A stretch of 64,000 nucleotides of DNA from Eledone cirrhosa (taxonomy: Eukaryota), in NCBI GenBank assembly GCA_964016885.1, contig OZ024743.1:11222001-11286000 (forward strand). Direction: 5' to 3'. The notes beneath the pieces are model-generated. The model saw nothing but the letters and a program-made list of their open reading frames with translations, searched no databases and was not told where the DNA came from. The position numbers and the translations under genes were made by a program. Positions within the stretch are counted from its first letter, which is position 1. Every line of letters starts with the position of its first letter. Positions 23,994 through 36,729 of the stretch are shown here, in pieces.

Positions 23994-25294
23994 GTAAGGT
24001 TTTATATTTAATTGTTATTATATATACATAACACATGTTAAACGTTATGTTTTCTTTCTTGCATTGTTCTACATAACAAGTCGGTTTTTAATTTTATCGT
24101 CCCTGAAAAAGAAAAAAGTAGACAGAGAATTAATACATCGAGTCGTAGTTGTGAGGCTTAATGTCTTAACTGGTGACTTGACTTAATCTCATTTTCAATC
24201 GGCATCAAAATCACTAAATAAAAAAAAATCTGTAAACGTAGGCTGAAATTCTGGAACCTAGAGCTAAATATTTATCTAATTATGCAAGCTACACTAATAT
24301 TTTTCTTAATGAAACTAGTATTACAATATTCTTTAATTTTATGTCGCCACTGTAATACACCAATTATTCCGGCCCCTATCGCCTTTTTCATACCCAACAC
24401 CTTTGCCAGCGACGAATCGACAAAGGAGCCTTTACGTGGTTATGCGTCCCGTTAGAAATAACACCCAAATCTATTTCACATTTCATAAGGAAGTCCTAGA
24501 TACAATATGGCTGAATAAAAAAGGTAAAATGGTCACAGTTGGAATGCTTTTGATCATAGTCTCGCTTGATTGGAGCTGACCTGACACTAAACATGAATAT
24601 TACTACGAGGAAATCTTACGTAGTTGTTTCCCTTATTGTCCAATGCAACAGCCAAATCTACCTCAGCAAACTTCCCACGATCTGTAAATTAGAATGTATT
24701 GTATCCTAGAATTTGAGGTATATAAATCTTAGGACAGCTTTACTTCGTTAAAGATAGGATTATTCACTGCTGGAAATGTCGATTGAATGCTTCTTTCCAA
24801 TCAACTACAGTCGTATCATCACTCAACTAAAACGTTACTGTGACTACTGAACACGAACATCGAATATTATAGCATATCTATTATAGTATATTTATAATTT
24901 TATTAGACATTCCTTTCTAATACTGGATCATGATTCCTAATATGGACAAAACTAAGCGCAAAAATTAAAGAATAAAACAATGCGTTACACAATTCATTCT
25001 AGTCAAATATATTTGTTACAATAAACAATATCTGACGGTTATGATTATCTCTTAATTACTTTTCGGTTGAGTCCTTTCAAACAGATGTAAATAGTGGTAA
25101 GTGAAAAGTTATTTAAATAGCCATATCTCCATCTTCAGGAGAACAAACAAGTACAAAGCCTGCTCGATTTTTTTCTATTTTTTTATATTAAATTATTTAC
25201 ATTAAGTTATTGAACTTAGGTCATACTGGTGCACTGCTTTCAAGAGTGGAGAATAATTGGAGTGTGTAAGGGAGTGGAATGCCTTGCAGAATTA

Positions 25295-25510
25295 TTATGA
25301 GCAAGTGGGGTCCCACGCGCTGGCCGGCGGCAGAATGGAGAAGGCGTTTCCCCGGAGGATAGTAAGGGAGATGAACGGGAAGAGCCATTCCATCTCGCGA
25401 GGCTCACACCTGCGGCTAGCCAGCTCAGTGCCTATGGTGGTAAGTAGATAGGTAGCCCTAGGGCCAAGAACACCAGAAGTCTCCACTGCTAGGGGCTCGA
25501 CTGAGCTAAC
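25295..25510 (-). pseudogene. CRE-like RLE non-LTR retrotransposon C-terminal fragment
   Basis: EPLAVETSGVLGP...EPREMEWLF..ISLTILRGNA matches the P..vET.G...RGNA signature. Confidence 0.7.
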
Positions 25511-25987
25511 TTTCCGATCATCAAGTTCGTGTTTGGAACATAGCAAATAGTTCTTCCATAAGATTATGATGGGAGTTTTTTTCTTTTTTTAGATTAATGT
25601 AAATACTTTAAAACAAACAAATTTCTTATTGTAGAACCAGGGCCAGTTTCGGGCGGTTTAGTATCAAAAGGTGTAATGGTCAAATATATTTCATTGATCC
25701 TGGAAAATCGTGACTATATACTTGCTGAACAACTGCACCACATAACAAATGTCTGTTGATCGTACGTTTTTCAAAACCATTAGCTAACTTTCTTAAAGTT
25801 AAATGGTTGCAAATGGCTTTTGGAAGTAGATTCTAGAATCAACATACTGACATTTGATCTTCAATAGAAAACAATATCGTATATATTCTTTTAAAAGTCA
25901 ATACCATATAAAAGCCAAACTCTATTTGTTGCCTCCAAATTTGGATTTTTCCGTATATATGTAAAAATTGACGCTAGTTCTTCACAG

Positions 25988-26098
25988 ACAACAGATCTAC
26001 ATTTATACATCGAGATTTATCTTGAAAATAGAGATTGTGAAGACGAAATTAATTTTACTAGACAATTATGTCCGCAAGTGGAAATATTTATGGGTTGA
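25988..26098 (+). CDS. Candidate host coding exon (TTDLHLYIEIYLENRDCEDEINFTRQLCPQVEIFMG)
   Basis: ttcttcacag acceptor and an open phase-0 frame. It ends either at a weak donor (26094) or at TGA (26096-26098). Confidence 0.3.
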   Translation, partial: TTDLHLYIEIYLENRDCEDEINFTRQLCPQVEIFMG

Positions 26099-26218
26099 GC
26101 GGCATTTGTTTACCCGTGTTTTATTTCACAGGGAAGCTAAATTTGTCGGTATAACTTACAATCAAATTTCAAATTATCCAACAAATGTAATACCATGATG
26201 AGACACAGAACAATCCAG

Positions 26219-26378
<160 letters not shown>

Positions 26379-26899
26379 ACGTGCAGAGGCATAAAACCAT
26401 ATTGTTTACACTTGCTTGCATTTCTCAGCTAGGCGGAAATTGTAATTATGCTCTATATTAAATTTTCCGATGGTACTTATTTATCCACTATAAAAAGAAA
26501 TATGGTCAAATTAACACCGATCGGATTTGAAAAAACTCAGAACAAACTATATACTACAAAGTATTTTCCCCTCTATCTGTTATCTCTGTTCTTCACCACG
26601 CTGAAATAATATTAACTTTTGCTCACCCCCCACAAAACTATTGAAGACTTTGTCATTTGAAACTACCACATACACACTCATCCACACCCAGACACACACA
26701 TACGCACAGACAAATGAGTACGTACAAGCAATTAGAAACCTGTATAGATGAGTATTCCTGTTTTTCAGTGACATGTGTGCCCATAACACAGTACTCAGCT
26801 GGAATCCTTCCAACGAACTCCCACAAAATTTCTGTCTACCTAATTTTTTTTCATAAGGCTTGGGTTGATCCAGGCTATGGTAGCTTATTATTGGGATTG

Positions 26900-27130
26900 C
26901 TTGAGTGGATTGACAGTATCGTTAGACCACCGGACACCATGCTTCGCAGCATAGAGTAACATACTTTTACGTCTATGTTCAAATCTCACCTATGTTAACT
27001 TTGCCTTTCATTCTTACGGGATCGATAAAATAAAGTAGCAGTAACGTATTGGGCTCGATTTAATCGACTTTCCCCTCCCCGAAAATTGTTGGCCTTGTGC
27101 CTAAATCAGAAAATTTTATTATTATTATTG
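26900..27130 (+). mobile_element. tRNA-derived SINE, family A (central ttgcctttcat..gatcgataaaat..tac domain)
   Basis: B-box-like gttcaaatc followed by the domain shared with the minus-strand copies at 44355, 46018, 55290, 57785 and 63740. It ends in a short (ATT)n. Confidence 0.7.
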
Positions 27131-27768
27131 AGACAAGCGCCATAGGTGAAAATGTAAACTCGTGACATGGAAAACATCACATGTCGTTTATGCAATTAAA
27201 ATATATCTAAGAAAAATTACAACTGCACAAATTTCCTTCCACTAAACTATGGCGTCTTTGTGCAAATTTAGAAAAGAACCAAAATTATTCTTCTATATTT
27301 ATGAGTGAAACCTTTTACGTCACTTTTGCTTCGAAAGTCTACGAAAAAGACATAAACCCCACCACATTTTCTTGTGGAGAAATCAATATAGGTATTCTGT
27401 TTTAATTAGACAAGGCAACAAGAGCACATAAAACAATAGTTAAGACGGCTAAGTAATAAACATATTTCCCATATGGTAATTAGCTTTGGCGACGAGCTCC
27501 AGAATGTAATAAGGCGCCAAAAGAAAAACGCTACTTTAACTAGCCGAAATCAAATACGTAAAGAAACATTTTGTTGCTTTCTTTTTTTCCTTCATTCATT
27601 CTTTATTTATTTTTTATTTATTTATTTCTTATACATTTATTAGTGAGAGTATGGTCTCCTTAAACTGTGTTTGTTTCCATTTTAATTCTAGTAACGTTAA
27701 CAGAACAGACAACAAATAATGCTAATAACAATAATGATGATAATGATAATAATAATAATAATAATAAT

Positions 27769-30298
27769 GATTTCATTTATTGGCCACAAGGGCCGACATA
27801 TAGGGGACAATACAAAAGACTGGGACAGTGGGGTTTTACAGAAAAATCGAGTAAACAATATGAATCACAATAACAAAGTAACAATAACAAAGTAACAATA
27901 AAGTAACAAGAAAATTACAAGAAGAAAAAATTCCCCAATAGGGGGGATGACCACCTAGGGTTCGCTCAGGTACCCCACCAGTCCTGAACGACCCGACGCT
28001 TCGAGAGCACCCTGGAAGGGCACCCCTCTCCTCTTCAAATTTACCTACCTACAGCCGCATGACCAGAGTAGGCCCACTCACACGAGCCATTCTCGCCACA
28101 TTCACCCACCTTTCAGCAAATGTACTGGGGGGCAGCACTTCTCTCTCCACCCTCACCTTCCTTTCCAAGTGAAACTTGAAAAAGTTGATGAGGGATTGGC
28201 CGAAGAGAAAAGTGTCTGTCTTCAGTCCTTTCAACCTCGTCCACCATACAAGCTCTTTCGCTACTGCCACAAGACAGAAGAAAATTGCCTGCCCTTCCTG
28301 GCCAAAAGAAGGCAGCGGGTCGATCTTCACTATGGACTCGGCCGATAGCCGGATCCGTTCTACACGCGACAACAGCTGTTCAACATAACTCCACAAGTCA
28401 GTAATGCACGGACACTGAACGAGTGCGTGCAGAACGGTTTCGTCGCTCTGCGCGCATCTCGGGCAGGTCCGTCTGACAGCACTTCCGTGCCTGTAGAGTT
28501 TATCTCATACCGGCAGTGCCCTCCGGTAGCACTGCCAAGCGAGGGATTAGTGGAAATTATCCATCGTCCCCGGCTCGAAAGTCCTCGGGTACAGACTGGT
28601 TAGTTCGACTTCGTTGACTCCCAGAGCCTCTCCGAGTGCGTCGTCGCACTTGCCCACCACTAATCCTCTATAGAACTCGAGAGTGGAAGTTCCACTGACC
28701 GCATTGCCCGCCTGGTAGAGGGCAGTGAGTGCCTGGCAACATTCCAGATGCCAGTCACCCAGTCTCGGTCTCTTCTTGACCCAGGACTGCAACTCAGTCA
28801 AAGAAACAAGCTGCGGAAAGGCCCGTCTGACAAACGGCGACCACACCTGTTCACCGTTTAGGCAGAATATCTGGAGATGCCGCAGCCTCAGCGCGTGCCT
28901 GCGCATCATTAGCCACGGCATGCCCAGCCCTCCCCGTAGAGGGTGCTGGCAGCAGATGGACCGCCTCACCAGCGGAACCTGACCCCTCCACAAGAATTTG
29001 AAGAGGAGCCGCTCCAAGATGGCGAGGCGCGAGCGGGGGCAAGGGACGACAGTCAGACGGTAGTAGATGACGGACGCGATGTACGCGTTCGCCACCTCCG
29101 CCCGACCTTTCAGTGATAGCTTCATCCCAGCCCATTTCTGAGTGAGACTGACTACCCTGCCCGTCACCTCGTCCCAATTCTTATCCACCTGGAGGTCTGG
29201 CCCGAACCAAACCCCTAGCAACTTTACCGGTCCGTCCGTCCAGCGCCTAACGACGCTGTTGGACGGCATGGACTTGCCTCTTTAGGTGCCGAGTTGCAAG
29301 CCTACTGACTTTTCCGGGTTAAGTTTTGCTCCCGTCAACCTTTCATATTCCTCCAATAAGGTGCCGACCACCTCGATTTCTGAGGTGTTCGACACCATCA
29401 CGGTGATGTCGTCCGCATAAGCCGACACAGCCTTTCCGCGTCCCGGTTCGTGCGGATGCCCTGCAACAGCTCCAGCTTCCGCAGTAAAGGCTCGAGAGTC
29501 AATACGTACAGAAGGGAGGAGAGAGGGCACCCTTGACGGACCGATCGGGAGACCTGAAACGGTTCTGAGAGGTGGCCATTAATTTTGACCATCGAGCAGG
29601 TGCCGCTGTGCATTGCAGCGATCTTCTGAAGACGGGGCCGAAGCCAGCCGCCTTGATGACAGCCTCCAGGTACCGATGGTCGACCCTATCGAATGCTTTC
29701 GATTGATCTAAATTGATCAGAGCCCCACCGAAGCCAGGTTTACACCCTACCCTCTCTATGATGTATCGCAAGTTTGCGCCTCCCCAACCAAATCCCCGAC
29801 GACAAGCGCCAACCTCTTCGCTAACACCCTGGCCAAAATCTTAAACTCTGTGTTGAGCAGAGTTATGGGCCTGAAATTGTCTAATGCGTCCCTCTTGTTC
29901 TCGTCTTTCCTTATCAGCGTCACTACGCCCCGGCTCACAGAACTGGGAATACTCCCGTTTGTGCTGCAAGTTGCAGTAGAGGGCTTCGAGGAGATTGGAG
30001 AACAAGTCTGGCATATTTACGTAAAGCTCATAGGGCAGACCATCCAAACCGGGTGACTTGCGCCTCATGCAGCCGACAAGGGCATCCTGAATCTCGGCTG
30101 AAGTAATTGGCCTTTCGCAGCGCCCAGCGTCAGCCGTCGAGAGTTGCGGCAAGCCATCGAAGTAGGGACTTTCCCCTTCACGGGGCAAAGTCTAAGGGCT
30201 TATATCTCTTACACAACAAGAAATATTTAACAACAAATAATTTTAACAGACAAATAAAGCGACTTACTGGGAGCGAGCAAAATACGTGCGCTTAGACC
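27769..30298 (-). mobile_element. Internally deleted Tx1-like element, copy 3, with (AAT)n on both sides
   Basis: 3' UTR and RT/ZnF pieces (28049-30166, several frameshifts) are joined directly to about 130 nt resembling the family 5' UTR (GCTCGCTC..GTAAGT, hairpin). ORF1 and the endonuclease are missing. Confidence 0.85.
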
Positions 30299-30328
<30 letters not shown>

Positions 30329-30329
<1 letters not shown>

Positions 30330-30710
30330 TATTTTTTTCCCTACAGGGGCGTCGGATAAAGAGGATATTGCAAAGACTGCTTACATAAAGTGTAGGGGGT
30401 CTACATAGAAATCGAATGAGATATAAAAGTGTGTACATAGTATATAAATATAGAATGCAATCCTCATATTATTAGAGGACCTTTTGCTAAGGTCATTTGA
30501 AGGACTCATTACATTCAGTGTCACACTGATCAACATTGGTCATGCTGGTGTTAAGCTTTCCCTTTTCGCTATTTTCACCTACCTTTTGAAACATTTACTG
30601 GAGGGAGAGCATCCTCTCTCTACCCTTACTTCCTTTTACGAGAGGTCAATGAGATTTTGTCTTCATTCCTTTCAGCTCACCCACTACTCAACCTCTTTCC
30701 TCTGTTAGAA
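30329..30710 (-). mobile_element. Old, decayed Tx1-like 3' fragment, copy 4
   Basis: attttcacctaccttttgaaacatttactggagggagagcatcctctctctaccctt aligns with acattcacccaccttttagcaaatgtactggggggcagcacttctctctccaccctc in the 52582 ORF. It abuts (AAT)n. Confidence 0.65.
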
Positions 30711-31018
30711 ATGGCTGGCGAGAGGATTTCCAGTATGAACTCAGTCGATATCCGGATTTGTATATTGAATAATATACGGGATGTTTATGAAAAATATTTT
30801 GTAGGCCTTTCGCTATGAATTTTTAAGATTGTGATCATCGTCTCACACTCAGCCTCTGCAAAAACAGGGGGGAAAGTAATCGACGCATTTCTAGCTTATT
30901 AGCTGTTATTGAACTAAATATCTCCCCGTTTTTGCTGAGGCTAATGTAAGCTTCAGTCTTATAGATTACAGCCTATGAGCTGATGAAACTCATTTGCATT
31001 CAGAGCGGTAGGCTTTAA

Positions 31019-31054
<36 letters not shown>

Positions 31055-31057
<3 letters not shown>

Positions 31058-32543
31058 TTAAAACAAAAACAAAAACAATCACGAAGGGTGCAGTACAAAG
31101 TGTTAGTATTAGGTTCACGCTTAAGAGTGGGGGGTAGGGGACGACGTTTTAGGGATAAGCCCTTCATCAGGAGAAAAGTGGGAAAGAAAAGAGATCCGAG
31201 AGTGGGAGGGGGAGTGGTGGAAAGACATTAAAAGGGAGGGAAATTTAAAGGGAAGGGAAAAAATTAAAAAGAGGGTAAAAAAATTAAAATGAAACAAGTG
31301 GTGAAAGGGTGTGAGAGGTGTAGGGGTGGTGGTAGGTGGATGGAAGGAAGCAGGGGGTCCGAGCGGGGGAAGGCGGAAGGTGGTATATGTGTATGTGTGT
31401 AGGTGTGCGTGTGTGTGTGTGTATGTGTGGATGTGATTGTGAGAGTTTGGGGAAGAACAAGGTTCCATATTCGGATAATAGGAAAACTAGTGTGAACATG
31501 CGGTGGGGTGTGAGTCAGTGTGTATGTGCGTGTGGATAGAGAGGGGTCAGAGGGGGTGGGGAGAGGGGGACCTGCGGAGTTCGGAGGCTGAGTATGTGTC
31601 TGTGAGGATACGCACGTGTGTGTTTTTGTGTGGTGTGGATACGTGGGAACGTATGGTTGCGTGTGTGCGAAAATAGTGTAAGGGTTTGTGTGTGTTCCTG
31701 AATGTTTTACCGGTGAGTGTATGGAGAGATGGAGAAAAATCCGAGTATAAGAAGGTGGATGTCTAGAGCGTGTGACCAGTGGTGTAGCATCCGTGCAATG
31801 GTGCAGAGGAAGTAGAGAGTTGTGGGGTGCGCGCCCAACAGGAAGTGGTCAAGAAGGTCAAGGCAGGGTGGAAAGGGCAGGGCGAAGGATGCGAGAGAAA
31901 GGAGATAGCAGTGAGGAGGATGACAGACAGGCGAGTGGTAGGGATGGTCTGTATGTGTGTGTGGTTGGGGGTTAGTGGTGGTAGTGTGGATGTGGGGTGG
32001 GTGGTGTATCGGTGTGTACGTGGGTGTGGGTTAGTGTATGTATGCTGGTGTGTGTTCGTGTGTGTGTGGTGATGGGGAAGGTGGGTTTGGGGGATGTTTA
32101 GTATTGGTGGTCGGATGTGGATGTGTGGATGGGGTAAATGGTGATAATAGGGTGTGTGAATAGTGTGGATGAGTGTATATATGTACTGGTGTGTGTGTGC
32201 GTGTTGAGGGTGTGGGTGCGCGTATGATAGGGGGGATGTTAGTATAATTGGTTGTGGGGTGGCTGGAAGTGGAGGGGATGGTGAATCTTGGGAGCGTTTT
32301 AGTGGTGTTAGTAGGGGGTATGTGTAGGGGAGGGGGACGGTCGAAGGTTAAAGGAAGAAGGGTGGGGAGTTCAGGTCAGGGGAGGGGGATCTGTAGGGTG
32401 AAGATGGTGTGTTGTTCGGCCCTAAGGCGAGTTGTGGGGGTTCCATGGCATTCGATCAGGCCACAGACGATGAGGTTGTTGGCGAAGTGTCCAGGGGAAC
32501 CAAAGTGGCGGGCGATGGGGGAACTCCCGCCCAGACGAATATC
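31055..32543 (-). mobile_element. 5'-truncated Penelope-like element: GIY-YIG C-terminus, long low-complexity 3' region and degenerate hammerhead
   Basis: Minus strand 32543-32379 reads DIRLGGSSPIARHFGSPGHFANNLIVCGLIECHGTPTTRLRAEQHTIFTL. 31140-31172 reads CTGATGA-agggcttatccct-AAAA-cgtcgtc. Flanked by TA-rich microsatellites. Confidence 0.7.
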
Positions 32544-32549
32544 TATCTA

Positions 32550-32581
<32 letters not shown>

Positions 32582-32730
32582 GAGTATATGTTGGTTGTTT
32601 ACCGACACCTCAGTATGCAGACTGGAGCACTCGACGTAGTACGCAGGTTGGTTTGTTTACTCCGGAGTAATGTAAACTAATTAAGTCAAATATGTAAAAT
32701 TTGGCTTCGTTTATTATAAATTATAGATAT

Positions 32731-32785
32731 ACTGCTATATATATTTCAGTGACAGCCATCATTGGCTGTGACCTCTTCAGGCAGT
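32731..32785 (-). ncRNA. Minimal type I hammerhead ribozyme
   Basis: ACTGC-CTGAAGA-ggtcacagcca atga tggctgtcact-GAAA-T-ATAT-A-TA-GCAGT. It has a 5-bp stem I, a long stem II and a palindromic loop 3. Confidence 0.75.
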
Positions 32786-32891
32786 CCTAATTGGTGTGGG
32801 AGAGACAGGTACACATGTTGTTGAAGTGTGTTTTACTCCGTCAATACTCCGATATGTCCAGCTCCTGGTTGTGTTGTTATTCCTCTGAGGA

Positions 32892-32981
<90 letters not shown>

Positions 32982-33260
32982 GTGTGTGTGCGTGTGTGTG
33001 TGCGTGCGTGTGTGTGAAGTAATTCCGTCGGAAAGGTACAGGAAAAAAGAGTGCTCTATGTAGGTTACAGAGCTTATTAGTTACGTAATAAACAACATAA
33101 GATAATTATTTCATTTACCAGTGGTTTCTTGAAAGCAGATATATCTGCTTTCAGTCGTCAGAATGAATAAAACATGGTGTTTTTATTAAATGTGGATTTG
33201 AAAACAAAATATAAGAAATATGAAAGCGAGGCTGAGGAAACAACGGGCGAAGAAGAAAAG

Positions 33261-33312
<52 letters not shown>

Positions 33313-33366
33313 CGTTTCTGAATTTGTTTAGCAAGATTCTTTATCTGAAATCGTGTGTTGAAACCG

Positions 33367-33684
33367 ATATTGTTATACTTTGGGAGGGTCATGTTGCCAA
33401 TAAGAAACACACGCACCAGTTGCTTTCACTTCAATTTATTATATATTTATAAATTTATAAATTTACAAATCTACAAACTTATAAATTTCTGGTTGGTTGG
33501 TTGGTTCCACAACCAGATAGTTGTTTATATATAAACAACTATCTGGTTGTGGAACCAACCAACCAACCAGAAATTTATAAGTTTGTAGATTTGTAAATTT
33601 GTAAATTTATAAATATATAATAAATTGAAGTGAAAGCAACTGGTGCGTGTGTTTCTTATTGGCAACATGACCCTCCCAAAGTAT

Positions 33685-33692
<8 letters not shown>
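33367..33692. repeat. Near-perfect spacerless palindrome, arms about 163 bp
   Basis: Centred on tatatata (about 33526-33533). One mismatch seen by eye. Confidence 0.93.
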
Positions 33693-33724
<32 letters not shown>

Positions 33725-33964
33725 ATATAAAATAAATAAATAAACAAATATACACACACTCAACCACGCGCATATACTTAAAAAGTACGTAGACATAAGT
33801 TGTCACATAAGCGTATATGTATCAAGCGACATGGACAAAATACATACACATACATATACATGAAGTAATAAGAATAAATAAATAAATGAATAAGAACAAC
33901 AAATATTCAAAGTCAAAAATAAAAAACATTTCAAATCCGCATTTAATAAAAACACCATGTTTTA

Positions 33965-34022
33965 TTCATTCTGACGACTGAAAGCAGATATATCTGCTTT
34001 CAAGAAACCACTGGTAAATGAA
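33965..34022 (+). ncRNA. Type I hammerhead ribozyme (mirror copy on minus strand at 33110-33167)
   Basis: TTCATT-CTGACGA-c tgaaagcagat at atctgctttca a-GAAA-CC-ACT-GG-TA-AATGAA. It has a 6-bp stem I, a long stem II, stem III and a GUA triplet. Confidence 0.78.
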
Positions 34023-36729
34023 ATAATTATCTTATGTTGTTTATTACATAACTATATATATATATATATATATAATGTAACGAAGATCGCTGGTATAAAT
34101 ACAGCGTCCCCCGGCCAGCGTCTAGCTCACTTAATGAATCTGGCAAAATGCAGTTATGCAGCTTTAATCAACTGTTCAGAGTGCACACATTTAGTTTACT
34201 GTAGATAGTTGGCTGTATTTTTAGTTAGAGATAGATGTAAATATCTCGCTCCTGGACGATCGTTCCTGTGTAATATAACTTTACAAATGCAGATTTTACT
34301 TCTGCAATGTTCAGAAAATCACGCAAAGTCACCGGATATTTACGTAATTGGGCTATTACACGTCTTCAGCAGGTTCACCTAGTATTATGCGATAGTTCCA
34401 TGCAGTGTCAGCCAGCCTTCACTACTGGATAAGATATCTAGCACTTCACGGCAGTCCCCCACTCTGCCTCTAATGAAAAGAGGAAGAATTTCTCGCAGAC
34501 CATAACACGTGATTTTGGTAGTTGAATTCAAACAAAGGAATTCGCGCCAAAACGAAGAACTTAACCGGCTTCGTGCATATGTGTATACTTAGATAACGAG
34601 GTTCATACATATATACACATATACAAGGAAATAAAATCGGATGTGATACAAAGTCAAATATAAAATTTAATTTTAGGAAACACGTACTGAACAAAAGAAC
34701 ATGATTTTGTTGAGCGAGAAAAACAATGTATATGACTTTTAAGTAGAGGTCAACGCTTAGCTTAAATTTCAACTTGGTCTTTCGTGTCGAATTTTTTTAT
34801 GTATATATCACGTGTAAGTTCAACCAGCCACTGTGTATGTAAATCAACTCATACGGGAATGTATTTGAAGTCATTAAGTTGGTGTTTCTTTGCAACGAGG
34901 GTTTTTTTTTTTTCGCTCGTTTGAGATGAGTGATGCAATCAGGATTTTGCATTTTCAGTTGTACATAGTAAACAGTGACCGCTGTGGCCATTGTATGCAT
35001 TTGTCTTTGCAACAATAGTTGATTTTATTGTGGGGTCACCTTTCCATTTGTGTTTCAAAACTCAAACATATTTCAGGAGGTACTATATTGTATATGAGAT
35101 ATCAGGAGACCAGACATAAATGCAAGGCTAAAATATATGCTAAACATTGATTTATCGCTATTAAGTCAAGTATAATTATATCCCCTAAGAAATTTATGTT
35201 CTTTTTATTTTACGTATAATATATGTTGTCTGGTGAAGCAACGGGGTCCTGGGGCCATATTGGATTAAAACGTGATTTTCATTATAGACCAACAATAGCC
35301 ATCTCATAGATTGACTGATCGTGAAACTTAAAATGACAACAAAAGGTATCAGCCGAATATATATATATGTGTGTGTGTTTGTGTGTGACAGTGTGTGTCT
35401 GTGTGTGTCTGTGTGTCTGTATGTGTGTATGTATGTGTGTGTATGTATGTGTGTGTACATTTGTATGTGAGTGTGCACGTGTGCGTTTGTTAGTGTATGT
35501 GTATGTTTATGTAAAGAGCAGTAAGTACACATAATTATGTTAAGCGAATATGCTTAGTATGATGTGTTCTGATTAACGCCAAGGGTAATCATGTGAATAT
35601 AATCGTGCTTTTAAGGCCAGTGCTGAACTAATGAACATAACCAATTAAATTAGTAATTAAGGAAGTAGCTTAGCAAAATATTGAAAAAATTTAATTAAAT
35701 AATTAAGTTGCCATTAATAATATGGAATATTCTAAAATGAAGTGGAAGTACACGATAAATTCATTACTGTGGGTGCATTATAGATGTATTATGGAAGATT
35801 GTATGAGGGTAAACAAGATATACAAAGCATTTAAAACATTTAAAACATGCCTTTATATCCGCGTAGAGTGGGAGAAAACGAGCCCGTCCTCATTTTCAAT
35901 GCTAAAATCTTCCACAATCATAAACTTTGTACCTATCAGATCATTTCATCAGAAACATGATCAAATGTGATCTCGCCGTGGCTAGTATATCTATGACTAC
36001 ATTATTCAATGTCTTTTGTTTTATAGAACGGCCAAGTGTGATTTGAGGGATATCCGTGTGCTATTTGTAACAGAATTATAGACTCCCGAGTCAACTTGAG
36101 AGATTGCATCTACTATCTATTGCTCTACTATCTGTTGTTATGCAGTTACCAATGAACCAGTCGCAGATTCAGTCATGGAGTTATATGCCTAGGAGAATTT
36201 ACATCAGTCACAACGTAAATTTCTTGGATAGATGAAGTGTGAAGTTCATTTGTTTTCAATTGTAATCAACAAAGCATTAGTAGAACTTCTAATAGTTTTT
36301 TACTTACCGGAGTGCGGGGATATATTGTGCAGTAAGGGAGACATTATATTTTGATGTAATTAGACTAGATGTACCACGAGCTATTTGCGACATATGTGCA
36401 CCACCAGGGTGAGCTAAGTAATGACTGATAATATTTCTTCTAGACACAAACCACTTACTTATTCATTAGTAGCTGCACTTCCGCAGTACAGATGACGAAT
36501 ACCGGTTACAACCTAGAAATAACATTGGAGCATATGCATGGTCATTCGGCGTCCTAGAAATAGCATCCAAATCTCCCTGAAACTACACTCTATCAAAACA
36601 GAATACGTTGTATAATGTAGTCCTCTATCTAATGAAATATATGGAAAGTCTTTCGTTGGAATATTTTCACTTTCAGATATTCTTAATCAGAGCAACTTAA
36701 GGATAAACAACAACAACCGCTTACTACAT

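Larger units (their letters stand above)
33016..34053. mobile_element. Penelope-like inverted terminal repeats (about 33081-33205 and 33930-34053) enclosing a second palindrome
   Basis: The arms are reverse complements and each holds a hammerhead. The left end matches 3371-3464. Confidence 0.7.

Noticed and set aside
29765-29780. Deletion of about 40 nt in copy 3 RT as a spliced-out intron
   Set aside because: In the intact copies the missing segment lies between two cgca repeats and has no GT-AG ends, which fits a microhomology-mediated deletion.
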